Below are positions 43,224-51,459 of a stretch of 64,000 bases of DNA, in pieces (position 1 is the stretch's first letter; every line of letters begins with the position of its first letter). The position numbers and the translations under genes were made by a program. This stretch comes from an uncultured Actinomycetota bacterium (lineage in GTDB: Bacteria > Actinomycetota > Actinomycetes > JACCUZ01). Below the pieces are notes generated by a model, which saw only the letters and a list, made by a program, of their open reading frames with translations, did not search any database and had not been told where the DNA came from. The stretch is taken from contig CAVXNC010000018.1 in NCBI GenBank assembly GCA_963762865.1, positions 1,697 to 65,696 on the forward strand. The letters are read 5' to 3'.

Positions 43224-43664
43224 TCAGGCGGGCGCCGCGAAGATCTCCAGCGAGATGCCGTCAGGGTCCTTCACGGCGAGGCCCGAGCCGTAGTGCGCGT
43301 CGACCACGGTTCCTGTCTCGACGCCGAGCGCCGTGAGCCGCTCTCGCCAGGCGTCGAGAGTGGGCCGGTCCGGGGACAGGAACGCGACGTGGTCCAGCCC
43401 GGGACGCCGCGGGTCGAAGGAGTCGTCGCGCGCCCCCTCGGGGAACTGGTGCAGTCCGAGGAGGGTGGCTCCGACCGCGAAGACCACGTGACGGAACGGA
43501 CCGGTGTCCTCGTCGAGAACCGGCGCGGCTCCGATGAGCTCGCGGTACCAGGGAACGCTCACAGCCAGGTCGCGTACGGTCAGCGCAACGTGGGTGATCG
43601 GACCGAGCGTGAGTGCCGGGTATCCGGGTTGGCCGTCAGTGAGACGGGTGTCGATGGTCGACAT
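43224..43664 (-). CDS. VOC-family (glyoxalase/bleomycin-resistance/dioxygenase) protein
   Basis: 146 aa. It has ITHVALTVRDLAVSVPWYRELIG and GLDHVAF...GLAVKDPDGISLEIF, the paired beta-alpha-beta-beta-beta modules. Confidence 0.8.
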   Translation of the reverse strand: MSTIDTRLTDGQPGYPALTLGPITHVALTVRDLAVSVPWYRELIGAAPVLDEDTGPFRHVVFAVGATLLGLHQFPEGARDDSFDPRRPGLDHVAFLSPDRPTLDAWRERLTALGVETGTVVDAHYGSGLAVKDPDGISLEIFAAPA

Positions 43665-43709
43665 GGTCGCTCCAGGGGTTGTGGGTGAACGGATGACGGA
43701 AGAACGAGT

Positions 43710-44393
43710 TCAGGCTGGGTCGCCGTTGATGTGGAAGGGGATCCGCGCGATGTTGGATGCGACGCCTAGCGCCTGGAGGTCGCGCCGGTCGACACGGCCG
43801 TCGCCGTTGGCGTCGGTGACGACGTCGGGCGCGTCGTTGTAGACCCCGTCCTCGTTGCGGTCCTCGATCACGGCCACGGTGAGCACCGTGTCGACGCCGC
43901 TGCCGGCGACCGGGGCGCCGACCAGCCAGGTGTCCCACAGTGCTGTCTCGTCAGCGTTCCGGTCGGTGACGCCGGTGAGGTTGAAGAGCCCGGCGAGGTT
44001 TGTGCCCGGCCCGGAGAATCCAGGCAGCTGGGCCGTGGTCGTGCTTGTCAGCACGACCAGGCCGGGCATCTTGTCGTCGTGCCCGGTGCCGAACAGGCCC
44101 GGTGCAGGGGGGATGTTGTTGTGCCCCGCCGGGCCGGTCAGCTGCAGCCCGTTGAAGCCGGTGGCCGCGAGCGGGGTCGCATCGAAGGCGACCTCCAGGT
44201 CGATGAACCAGCCGGCGCCCGCTATGCCGGCGTTGCTCCCCCGCTGCGGGGCGACGACGGTGACGTGCACCGGATCGTCCGGGTTCGAGCCTCCTTCGGC
44301 GTCGGCCTCCGGCGCGGCGAGGAACAGGCCGCTCGCGGCGGTGGCGATGGCGGTCGCGATGGCAGCGGTGGCGGCACGAGCTGTTCTGGTCAT
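43710..44393 (-). CDS. secreted hypothetical protein with two Ca-binding-like DxNxDG loops
   Basis: Signal peptide MTRTARAATAAIATAIATAASGLFLAAPEADA. The C-terminus has EDRNEDGVYND and DANGDGRVDRRDL, which are EF-hand/dockerin-like. RBS GGAAGAGAGAG. Confidence 0.6.
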   Translation of the reverse strand: MTRTARAATAAIATAIATAASGLFLAAPEADAEGGSNPDDPVHVTVVAPQRGSNAGIAGAGWFIDLEVAFDATPLAATGFNGLQLTGPAGHNNIPPAPGLFGTGHDDKMPGLVVLTSTTTAQLPGFSGPGTNLAGLFNLTGVTDRNADETALWDTWLVGAPVAGSGVDTVLTVAVIEDRNEDGVYNDAPDVVTDANGDGRVDRRDLQALGVASNIARIPFHINGDPA

Positions 44394-44430
44394 GGGTCTC
44401 TCTCTTCCAGTCGGTGGTGGTGCCGACTTG

Positions 44431-44457
44431 GTACGAGGTCGCCGGCCGGTCGGTTCA
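44431..44457 (-). promoter_or_regulatory. ECF-type promoter candidate for the secreted-protein gene
   Basis: The reverse strand reads TGAACC-N16-CGTAC. The -35 element is at 44457..44452 and the -10 element at 44435..44431. It lies about 38 nt upstream of ATG 44393. Confidence 0.4.
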
Positions 44458-44519
44458 ACGCCGATGTGAAGACGGACGGTCGGCCAGGACGCGAACTCCG
44501 ACCGGCGGTGGCGCAGCCC

Positions 44520-44546
44520 TGAACCGGATGGTCTGCTGTGTCGTGT
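44520..44546 (+). promoter_or_regulatory. ECF-type autoregulatory promoter candidate
   Basis: TGAACC (44520..44525)-N16-CGTGT (44542..44546). It lies 7 nt upstream of GTG 44554 of the ECF sigma gene. The -35 element and spacing are identical to the divergent site. Confidence 0.45.
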
Positions 44547-44553
44547 AGGGAGC

Positions 44554-45075
44554 GTGGCGATGACCGCAGCCGACCGGGACGAGCAGCTGCTGCGCGCTCT
44601 CTACGACCGCTACGCCGCCTCGCTGTGGTGGTTCGTCCTGCGCCTGACCGGCGGAGACCGGGCGCGCTCGCACGATGTCGTGCAGGAGACGATGCTGCGG
44701 GCCTGGCGGCATCCGTCCGTGATGGCGGAGCAGCACCGGTCGGCCCGGTCCTGGCTGTTCACCGTGGCCCAGCGCATCGTGATCGACGAGTGGCGCAGCG
44801 CCCGCGCGCGGAACGAGCTGACGGTCGACGAGCCTCCGGAGCAGCTGCAGGCGGATCAGGTGGACTCGATGCTGGACACCTGGATCATGGCGGAGGCCCT
44901 GGACCGCCTGACTCCCGACCACCGGGAGGTCATCGTCGAGTGCTACTACCGGGGTCGCTCCACCGCCGAGGCCGCCGAGGTGCTCCACATCCCCGTCGGG
45001 ACGGTCAAGTCACGCACGCACTACGCGCTCCGCGCGCTGCGACTCACGATGCAGGAGATGGGGGTGACGGCATGA
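44554..45075 (+). CDS. ECF-type RNA polymerase sigma factor (SigL-like)
   Basis: Region 2 reads LYDRYAASLWWFVLRLTGGDRARSHDVVQETMLRAW...WLFTVAQRIVIDEWR. Region 4 reads VIVECYYRGRSTAEAAEVLHIPVGTVKSRTHYALRAL. ATG 44560 is an alternative start. Confidence 0.85.
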   Translation: MAMTAADRDEQLLRALYDRYAASLWWFVLRLTGGDRARSHDVVQETMLRAWRHPSVMAEQHRSARSWLFTVAQRIVIDEWRSARARNELTVDEPPEQLQADQVDSMLDTWIMAEALDRLTPDHREVIVECYYRGRSTAEAAEVLHIPVGTVKSRTHYALRALRLTMQEMGVTA

Positions 45076-45779
45076 CCGACGACGTCGACCCGTTCCTCGA
45101 GTACGACGCGGCCTACGTGATGGGTGCGCTGAGCCCGGCGGAGCGACACGCCTTCGAGGCACACCTGGCCGACTGTCCGAGGTGCGCCCAGGCGGTCGCG
45201 GAGCTGGCGGGCCTGCCCGCGATGCTGGATCGCGTCCCGCTGGAGCGGGTTCTGCAGCCCGGGGCGGACCACGACCCGCCTCCTGACCTCCTGCTCGGCA
45301 GCCTGATCAAGGCTGCCCGGGCGCAGCGCCGCCGCGAGTCGCTGCGGCTCGTGGCGGTCGGTGCCGTTGCTGCCGCGGTGGTCGCCGTTGCCGTCGCGGT
45401 CGGCGTCGGCGTCTCGCGGGACGAACCGGAGCGACCGGGCGCGACGGTGGCGATGTCGGCTGTCCGGCCGGTCCCCGTCACCGGCACGCTGCACATGACC
45501 CGGGCCGACTGGGGAACCAGCGTCTCGCTGGTCTGCCGATGGGTCGGCCCCACCGCGGGAACGGACGCCGACGCGCGGAAGACCTACCGGCTGGTCGCCG
45601 TGCCGCGCGACGGCAGTGAGTCGCAGACGCTCGCGCAGTGGTCGGTGCTGCCTGGTCAGGACGCGACCGTCGAGGGGAGCACCGACCTGACCATCGACCG
45701 CATCGCGCGGATCGAGCTGCGAGCCGGGAACGACATCGTGCTGCTCCGGGCGGGACCCGGACGGATCCAGACCTCGTAG
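45072..45779 (+). CDS. zf-HC2 anti-sigma factor (single-pass membrane)
   Basis: ATG at 45072 overlaps the sigma stop (ATGA). It has the HLADCPRC (HxxxCxxC) motif and a TM segment (LVAVGAVAAAVVAVAVAVGVGV), followed by an extracytoplasmic domain. Confidence 0.8.
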   Translation: MTDDVDPFLEYDAAYVMGALSPAERHAFEAHLADCPRCAQAVAELAGLPAMLDRVPLERVLQPGADHDPPPDLLLGSLIKAARAQRRRESLRLVAVGAVAAAVVAVAVAVGVGVSRDEPERPGATVAMSAVRPVPVTGTLHMTRADWGTSVSLVCRWVGPTAGTDADARKTYRLVAVPRDGSESQTLAQWSVLPGQDATVEGSTDLTIDRIARIELRAGNDIVLLRAGPGRIQTS

Positions 45780-45802
45780 CCGGCGGGAGGTCGCCCGGCC
45801 GG

Positions 45803-46444
45803 TCAGGTGGTTCGGGCGGACAGGTGGGCGCGCGCGGCCGCGACGACGGCGCGGGGGTCGTCGGCGTGCAGCCGCACCCGGGTCACCGTGACCGGCCCGC
45901 GAGAGAGCTGCACGGTCAGCGGCTCGTCGAGCACCACGTCGACGGCGGTCTGGCTGCCGATGACGACGTGCAGCACGGCACCGGCGGAGGCGTCGACGAC
46001 CTGCACCGACCGCTGGCTCGGCAGATCGCGACGGTGCGCGCTCACCGAGCGCACCACGTCCCATGGCACGGCGACGTCGAGGTGCGCGCCGTAGCGGACC
46101 CGCAGGCCGTCGGCCGTGACCAGGTGCGGGTAGACGTGCAGGCTGGCCAGCAACCCGAGCATCCAGAGCAGTCCCCACACCCCGATGACGAGCGACGCCA
46201 CCTGCGCCGCGTGCCACGGCAGCAGGACGTGCGCGACCAGGGTCTCCACGGCGGAGAGCACGATGAAGACCCAGAAGAGCGGGGTCACCATCCGCGCGTA
46301 GCCGAAGGGCTCGGCGCCGGAGGCCACGCCGGAGGGCCGGCGGGCGATCCACCGGGCGAGGCTGCGCCAGATCCCGATCTCGAAGGCGATGCCCCGCCGT
46401 GCCAGGGCCAGGGCCCGCGACCGGGATCGAGGGCGCGGCGTCAT
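45803..46444 (-). CDS. hypothetical membrane protein
   Basis: 213 aa with two or three TM segments (TPLFWVFIVLSAVETLVAHVLL, VASLVIGVWGLLWMLGLLASL) and a soluble C-terminal domain. It overlaps the upstream MarR gene by 4 nt. Confidence 0.55.
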   Translation of the reverse strand: MTPRPRSRSRALALARRGIAFEIGIWRSLARWIARRPSGVASGAEPFGYARMVTPLFWVFIVLSAVETLVAHVLLPWHAAQVASLVIGVWGLLWMLGLLASLHVYPHLVTADGLRVRYGAHLDVAVPWDVVRSVSAHRRDLPSQRSVQVVDASAGAVLHVVIGSQTAVDVVLDEPLTVQLSRGPVTVTRVRLHADDPRAVVAAARAHLSARTT

Positions 46445-46932
46445 GCTCGCCCGCCCGCGGGTGGCGGGAGGTGCTCACGCAGGGTCGTCAGCACGTCGTC
46501 CAGCCCTGCCACCAGACCGGCGAAGCGGCGCGGTGGCATCCGGCCGAAGAGGAGGTGGGCGAACTCCTGCTGACCGCGCTGCCACCTGCTGACCAGACGG
46601 CGTCCCCGCGGGGTGAAGGTCACGAGCGTGGCGCGCCGGTCGGTCGGGTGCGGCTCACGCGTGACGAAGCCGGTCTCCTCGAGCGCGTCGACCAGGCCGG
46701 TCACGGTGCGCGGTGCGACCTGGAGAGCGTCGGCCAGCGCGCGCTGGGTGCTCGGACCGTGCTGACCGAGGTGCCACAGCAGCGGCGCGCGCGACGGGGT
46801 CACGCCGTCCTTGCCCAGGGACGAGGTCAGGTCATCGTTGAGCAGCACCGTGAGCTCCAACAGCTGCCCGAGTGCCGCGGCCTGCCTCGCCGCGGTCGCG
46901 TCACCGGGAGAGGTCGTCCGACGGGTTGCCAT
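46441..46932 (-). CDS. MarR-family transcriptional regulator
   Basis: Its wHTH reads PLLWHLGQHGPSTQRALADALQVAPRTVTGLVDALEETGFVTREPHPTDRRATLV. A candidate operator, GTGAGT-cta-ACTCAC, lies at 46936..46950 just upstream. Confidence 0.85.
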   Translation of the reverse strand: MATRRTTSPGDATAARQAAALGQLLELTVLLNDDLTSSLGKDGVTPSRAPLLWHLGQHGPSTQRALADALQVAPRTVTGLVDALEETGFVTREPHPTDRRATLVTFTPRGRRLVSRWQRGQQEFAHLLFGRMPPRRFAGLVAGLDDVLTTLREHLPPPAGGRA

Positions 46933-46989
46933 ATCGTGAGTCTAACTCACTATGTTGCTACCTCAGCACCTGGCACCTTCGCGGCGCTG

Positions 46990-49584
46990 TCATCCTCCCG
47001 GCTGCCCCAGAGCGAGCAGCTCACGCGCCGTCCGGGCCGCGCGCGACGAGCCGGTGAGTCCGGCCAGCCAGTCCTGCGTGCGGCGGTCGGGCACTGCGCC
47101 CGGTCCGCGCAGCACCTCCTGGTGCAGGAGGTCGAGCAGAGCGTGCAGGCCCCGGTGCGCCGCGTCCAGCCCCGGGAGCAGGGCGCAGAGCAGCGTCACG
47201 ACTGTCCCGCTCCCCGCCGGGGAGGCGAGAGCGACGTCCCGCAGGCTGGCCGCCCAACGCGTCGCGACGGCGAGCTGCGCCTGCCGGCTCATGGCGGCGG
47301 CGAGGTCGGCGACGGCGAGCCGTCCCGACGGCACGAGCGCCAGGACGGCGTCGGCGGCACGAGCCCGCTGGTCCCGTCCCGAAGCAGCCAGGCCGGCCGC
47401 GACCGTCTCCGCGGCGAGGGTGCCCATCCGGCCGGGATGGCGGACCAGCATGTCGAGGACCCGCACGGCGTCGTGGCTCACCTCGGTGGAGGCTGCCGCG
47501 TTGAGAACCGGGTCGACCGCTGCGACCAGGGTGTGCTCGGCGTCGTGCGGCCACACGGTCGCCGACCAGGCCACCCAGTCCTCCGCGCCCGAGGCGCCCC
47601 AGCCCCCGGAGTCATGCCCCGCGACCGCCGTCGGCTGGTCGGTCACCGGGGCCGCCAGCGCATGCTCGACCACCACCTGCCACCCCCACCAGGTGTAGCC
47701 GTGCCGTCCTCGTGCGTCCTCGTACGTCCCCGGACGGCCGTGCAGGACCACCCGGGCGTCGACCGGCCGGCCCTGGCCGGCCGCTGCCAGACCGGCGTCC
47801 ACGAGCATCTCGTCCTGCTCGACGGGCGCCCGGGCACGGGACGCTGCGACCAACCAGGCCGCCGGCACCTCCGACCGGCCTGCGGCGCCGGCAGCGGGGG
47901 CGCCCAGCGCGTGCCGGAGCACGGCGTCCACCGGCCCGGCCGTCCGGGCCGCCGCATGACCGGCCAGCGCCTCGTCCCGCCCGTCAGCTCCGAGCCGGAG
48001 CAGAGCGGCCACCAGGTCGTGATGCCTCGGTCCCGGCTCGCCGGCCAGCCGGGCGAGCAGGGCTCGGGGGTCGACGAATCCGCCCGGCGAGTCAGGGGTG
48101 GCGAGCGGCGTGAAGGGCGGCTCCGCCCCCGCGAGCACCCGTTCCACCTCGGCCAGGCGGCTGACCAGGAACGCCTGTGTGACATCGGCGGCCGGCAGGC
48201 CTGCCGGCGTCTCGCCCGCGGCCGCCAGCACCAGGCGGGCGAGCTGCCCCCGCAGCCACCCGCGCTGCACACCCTCCCGCGGCCCGCGCGCCAGCACGGC
48301 AGCCGCGCGCCGGCGCAGCGGCACCAGCACCGTCCGGTCGGAGCACGAGGCCAGCCCGGCCAGGACCATCTCCACCTCGACCGGGTCGCCGGCGCCCTCC
48401 AGCAGCGCGGCCAGCCGGCCGAGCAGGTCGCCAGCTTTCACGGGGGTGGCCGGTGCCGGTGGCGCCGGTCCGACGGGAGGTGGCGTGTCAGTGGTCGCCG
48501 GGCTCTCGGGACGCGGCGCGGCGACCGGTGCGTCCACCAGTCGCTGGACGGTCGGCTCGAGGCCGGCGACCCGCTGCCTCACCGCGGCACCCGCGCCGTA
48601 TCGCTCCAGCAGCAGGACCGCTGCCTTCTGCACGTCCGCGTGCGGGTGGTCGAGCGCCACCAGGGCCGATGCGCAGACCCCGGGCACCAGCTCCGGGCGC
48701 CGGGTCGCCACGTCGGTCAGCAGCCGCACTGCCTCCACTGCCGTGCCCTTGACCGGGGAGAGCAGGGCGGGCTCGACCGCGGCCAGGGTCTCCTCGTCCT
48801 CGAGCAGGCCGAGGCGGCCCAGCGCGCGGAGTCTCCGCACCGCGACGCTGACGGTCGCGGGGACCGACGACCGGAGCAGCCGCCGGAAGCGGGTCTGGTG
48901 GCGGGCCTGCTCCTCGGTCGTCGGCTCGAGGGCCGCGTAGGTCGAGGCGAACCAGCCGGCCCGGTAGGCGCTGAAGTCCCGCTGCAGCGCGTCGAGGCAA
49001 CCGGTGAGGACCCGCTCCCTGGGCAGGGTCCCGTCGCCGACCAGGGTCAGGAACGTCTGCTGCCAGGTTCCTTCCGGCTGGCTGAACTTGTCGACGTTGG
49101 CCAGGCTCACCTCGCCGCCACCCTCGACCTCGAACACCCTCCAGAGCGCCCGCTCGACGAGGTCCGGGTCGGCACGCAGGTCCACTGCCCGGTCGTCGCG
49201 GTTCCACCGGTCACCGAGACCGCTGACGAGCGCCAGCACGTACGTGTCGTCGGCCTCGAGCCCCACGAGACCGAGGCGCTCCAGCAGCCGCACCGGGCGG
49301 AACGCCTCGCCCTGCGACCAGGAGGTGGACAGCGTGGTGAGCAGCTCGCGCACCAGCGGCACGAGCCACCGCGGTGGTGTGGCCCGAAGCTGACTCGGGC
49401 GAGCGCCCCGCGCCGCATGACTCAGTGCGTCGACGACAGCCGACCAGGTCGCCCGGCCGCGCTCCCACCGGTGCTGGTAGCCCGACGCCGTCCAGGCCGG
49501 CGTCCCGGACTCCTCGAGAAGTCCCCACAGCACGGTCCGGTCGACGTGCCGGAGGTTGTCGTACGTCGGCAGGTCGCCCTCCAC
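46990..49584 (-). CDS. large (864 aa) helical-repeat protein of unknown function (I believe DUF6493-like; unverified)
   Basis: I place the start at GTG 49584 (VEGDLPTYDNLRHVDRTVLWGLLEE...). Upstream of it the ORF-track frame is Arg/Pro junk overlapping the SWIM gene. The protein is Ala/Leu-rich throughout. It contains LWRVFEVEGGGEVSLANVDKF...GCLDALQRDFSAYRAGWFASTY and HEAT-like segments (DHPHADVQKAAVLLLERYG). Confidence 0.65.
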   Translation of the reverse strand: MEGDLPTYDNLRHVDRTVLWGLLEESGTPAWTASGYQHRWERGRATWSAVVDALSHAARGARPSQLRATPPRWLVPLVRELLTTLSTSWSQGEAFRPVRLLERLGLVGLEADDTYVLALVSGLGDRWNRDDRAVDLRADPDLVERALWRVFEVEGGGEVSLANVDKFSQPEGTWQQTFLTLVGDGTLPRERVLTGCLDALQRDFSAYRAGWFASTYAALEPTTEEQARHQTRFRRLLRSSVPATVSVAVRRLRALGRLGLLEDEETLAAVEPALLSPVKGTAVEAVRLLTDVATRRPELVPGVCASALVALDHPHADVQKAAVLLLERYGAGAAVRQRVAGLEPTVQRLVDAPVAAPRPESPATTDTPPPVGPAPPAPATPVKAGDLLGRLAALLEGAGDPVEVEMVLAGLASCSDRTVLVPLRRRAAAVLARGPREGVQRGWLRGQLARLVLAAAGETPAGLPAADVTQAFLVSRLAEVERVLAGAEPPFTPLATPDSPGGFVDPRALLARLAGEPGPRHHDLVAALLRLGADGRDEALAGHAAARTAGPVDAVLRHALGAPAAGAAGRSEVPAAWLVAASRARAPVEQDEMLVDAGLAAAGQGRPVDARVVLHGRPGTYEDARGRHGYTWWGWQVVVEHALAAPVTDQPTAVAGHDSGGWGASGAEDWVAWSATVWPHDAEHTLVAAVDPVLNAAASTEVSHDAVRVLDMLVRHPGRMGTLAAETVAAGLAASGRDQRARAADAVLALVPSGRLAVADLAAAMSRQAQLAVATRWAASLRDVALASPAGSGTVVTLLCALLPGLDAAHRGLHALLDLLHQEVLRGPGAVPDRRTQDWLAGLTGSSRAARTARELLALGQPGG

Positions 49585-49625
49585 GGGCCAAGACTGCCAG
49601 CGGGGCGACTGCCTACGCTGCAGGC

Positions 49626-50993
49626 GTGACCGCCGACGTGGAGCAGGTCTACCGGTACGCCCAGGCCTCGACGGCGGAGGTCGGGACGGACCGAGCACAG
49701 CTCCAGCTCTCGACGAGCGGCGGGGGGACCGCGACCGGGCCGGCCGAGCACCCCCGGCTATTCGACGGGTTCCTCGAGCGCCCGGAGCAGGCGGCGACCG
49801 CGCTGCTCGCCGTCGCCGAGGTGGCCCGCACCCGCTTCTATGTCCCGCCCGGCATGCTGGCAAAGGTCCTGCGCCACGCCGACCCGGTCATCACCAGCAA
49901 CGGCGACCGGCTGAGGTTCGAGAGCCTGTCCCCCTGCTGCGGCGTCTACGCCCGGCTGGACGTGCTGCCCGACGGTCTCGACCGCGCACCCGCTGCCAGC
50001 GGCACGACCAACGTCGACCTGAACGCACCGGTGCGCGCGGTGCTCGCCACGGTCGTCGGCGCCGAGCCGCTGCACCTCGAGGTGGGCCAGGACGTCACGG
50101 TGACGACGCTCGACGGCTCGGCCGTCGAGCGCCGGGTGCCGCTGCCCGCTCGGTGGCTGGCAGCCTTCGGCGAGGTGCAGCACGCCTGCGCCGGGCTGCG
50201 ACCGGTCGCCGAGGTCGACGGCCAGGAGGCCCGCCGCTTCGTGCAGGCGGTGGTGACCGGCACAGGATCCTCAGCAGCGACCTGGGTGGCCACGTCCGGG
50301 CGCGGTCTGCGGCTGACCGGCATGCCTGGGGCGGACACGGTGCCGCTGCCCGGCCCGGACCGGCTGCGCGCACTGCGGCCCCTGCTGCGTCATGCCATCA
50401 GCTTGCGGGCGTACGGCCCTTCCGACGCCCAGGACGAGCCGCAGGTCAGCGCCTGGGAGCTGCACCTCCCGGGCGCCCGGGCTGTGGTCGTGCTCAGCCC
50501 CGAGCGCAGCCGCGGGTTCTCCGGCGAAGGTGGCGTGCTCTACGACCTGGCGGACGACCGAGCCCGGGCGGACGCCCGGCTGCTGACCGCCCTGCTGGCA
50601 TTCGAGGCCCACATCGACCTGGACGTCCTCGCCCGGGACGCGGCTCTGCCGGTCGACCGGGTGCGCACCGCGATCAGCCACCTGGCCGCGGCGGGACGCG
50701 TCGGCTACGACCTGCACGATGCCGCGTACTTCCATCGCGACCTGCCGCTGACCGGGCCGGGGCGGGACGGTGGCGCACCCAGGCTGCGCGACGCGCTGGC
50801 ACTCGTGGAAGCCGGGGCGGTCACCCTGGCCACTGGCCGAGCGACGGTGCGCGGCGGCGACGAGCGCGTCGTCACCATCGGCGCGGACGGCGGCTACACG
50901 TGCAGCTGCCCGTGGTGGGCCGCGCACGGTGGTGGTCGCGGTCCGTGCAAGCACGTCCTGGCGGTGCACGTCCTGCGCGGGCGCCCGGCATGA
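49626..50993 (+). CDS. SWIM zinc-finger protein
   Basis: GTG at 49626. The C-terminus reads YTCSCPWWAAHGGGRGPCKHVLAVHVL, the CxCxnCxH SWIM signature. The N-terminal ~400 aa are uncharacterised. Confidence 0.7.
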   Translation: MTADVEQVYRYAQASTAEVGTDRAQLQLSTSGGGTATGPAEHPRLFDGFLERPEQAATALLAVAEVARTRFYVPPGMLAKVLRHADPVITSNGDRLRFESLSPCCGVYARLDVLPDGLDRAPAASGTTNVDLNAPVRAVLATVVGAEPLHLEVGQDVTVTTLDGSAVERRVPLPARWLAAFGEVQHACAGLRPVAEVDGQEARRFVQAVVTGTGSSAATWVATSGRGLRLTGMPGADTVPLPGPDRLRALRPLLRHAISLRAYGPSDAQDEPQVSAWELHLPGARAVVVLSPERSRGFSGEGGVLYDLADDRARADARLLTALLAFEAHIDLDVLARDAALPVDRVRTAISHLAAAGRVGYDLHDAAYFHRDLPLTGPGRDGGAPRLRDALALVEAGAVTLATGRATVRGGDERVVTIGADGGYTCSCPWWAAHGGGRGPCKHVLAVHVLRGRPA

Positions 50994-51451
50994 GCGAGGA
51001 CAGCGGCACCCGCGTCCCCGTGACCTACGAGAGCTGCGAGCGCATCGCGGGTCCCTTCTACCACGGGACGAAGTCCGTGCTAGAGGTCGGCGCGGAGCTG
51101 GTTGCCGGCTACGGCTCCAACTTCCAGGAGGGCCGGGTGTCCAACAACCTCTACTTCACCGCGCTCGTGGACACTGCCGCCTGGGGAGCGGAGCTGGCGA
51201 CTGCACTGGCCGGGAGCGGGGAGCGCGGGCGCATCTATGTCGTGGAGCCTCTGGGTCCGTTCGAGGACGACCCCAACGTGACCGACAAGCGGTTCCCCGG
51301 AAACCCCACGCAGTCCTACCGCACCCGAGACCCAGTGCGCGTCGTCGGCGAGGTGGACAGCTGGGTGGGTCACGACCCGGAGGTCCTCAAGGAGATGCTC
51401 GATCACCTGGCGTTGCTGCGGGAGCAGGGCCTGGACGTCATCGAGGACTAG
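50990..51451 (+). CDS. arr: Arr-family NAD+-dependent (rifampin-type) ADP-ribosyltransferase
   Basis: ATG at 50990 overlaps the SWIM stop (ATGA). The 153-aa product has FYHGTKSVLEVGAELVAGYGSNF, NNLYFTALVDTAAWGAELA, RIYVVEPLGPFEDDPNVTDKRFPGNPTQSYRTRDPVRVVGEV and W.GH.PE. These match the Arr (Rifampin_ADPRT) pattern as I recall it. Confidence 0.85.
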   Translation: MSEDSGTRVPVTYESCERIAGPFYHGTKSVLEVGAELVAGYGSNFQEGRVSNNLYFTALVDTAAWGAELATALAGSGERGRIYVVEPLGPFEDDPNVTDKRFPGNPTQSYRTRDPVRVVGEVDSWVGHDPEVLKEMLDHLALLREQGLDVIED

Positions 51452-51459
51452 TCGACGGC

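Noticed and set aside
46399-49629. 1076-aa plus-strand ORF opposite the MarR gene and the large helical protein gene
   Set aside because: The composition is Arg/Gly/Pro-rich with no recognisable domains. The minus-strand products have coherent sequence (MarR wHTH, HEAT-like repeats).
49585-49863. N-terminal 93 codons of the 957-aa ORF-track version of the large helical protein
   Set aside because: This extension is Arg/Pro/Ser-rich junk (MPACRAGHRSGCGPPRRRRAARSPP...). It overlaps the SWIM gene on the other strand. The first protein-like sequence begins at GTG 49584.
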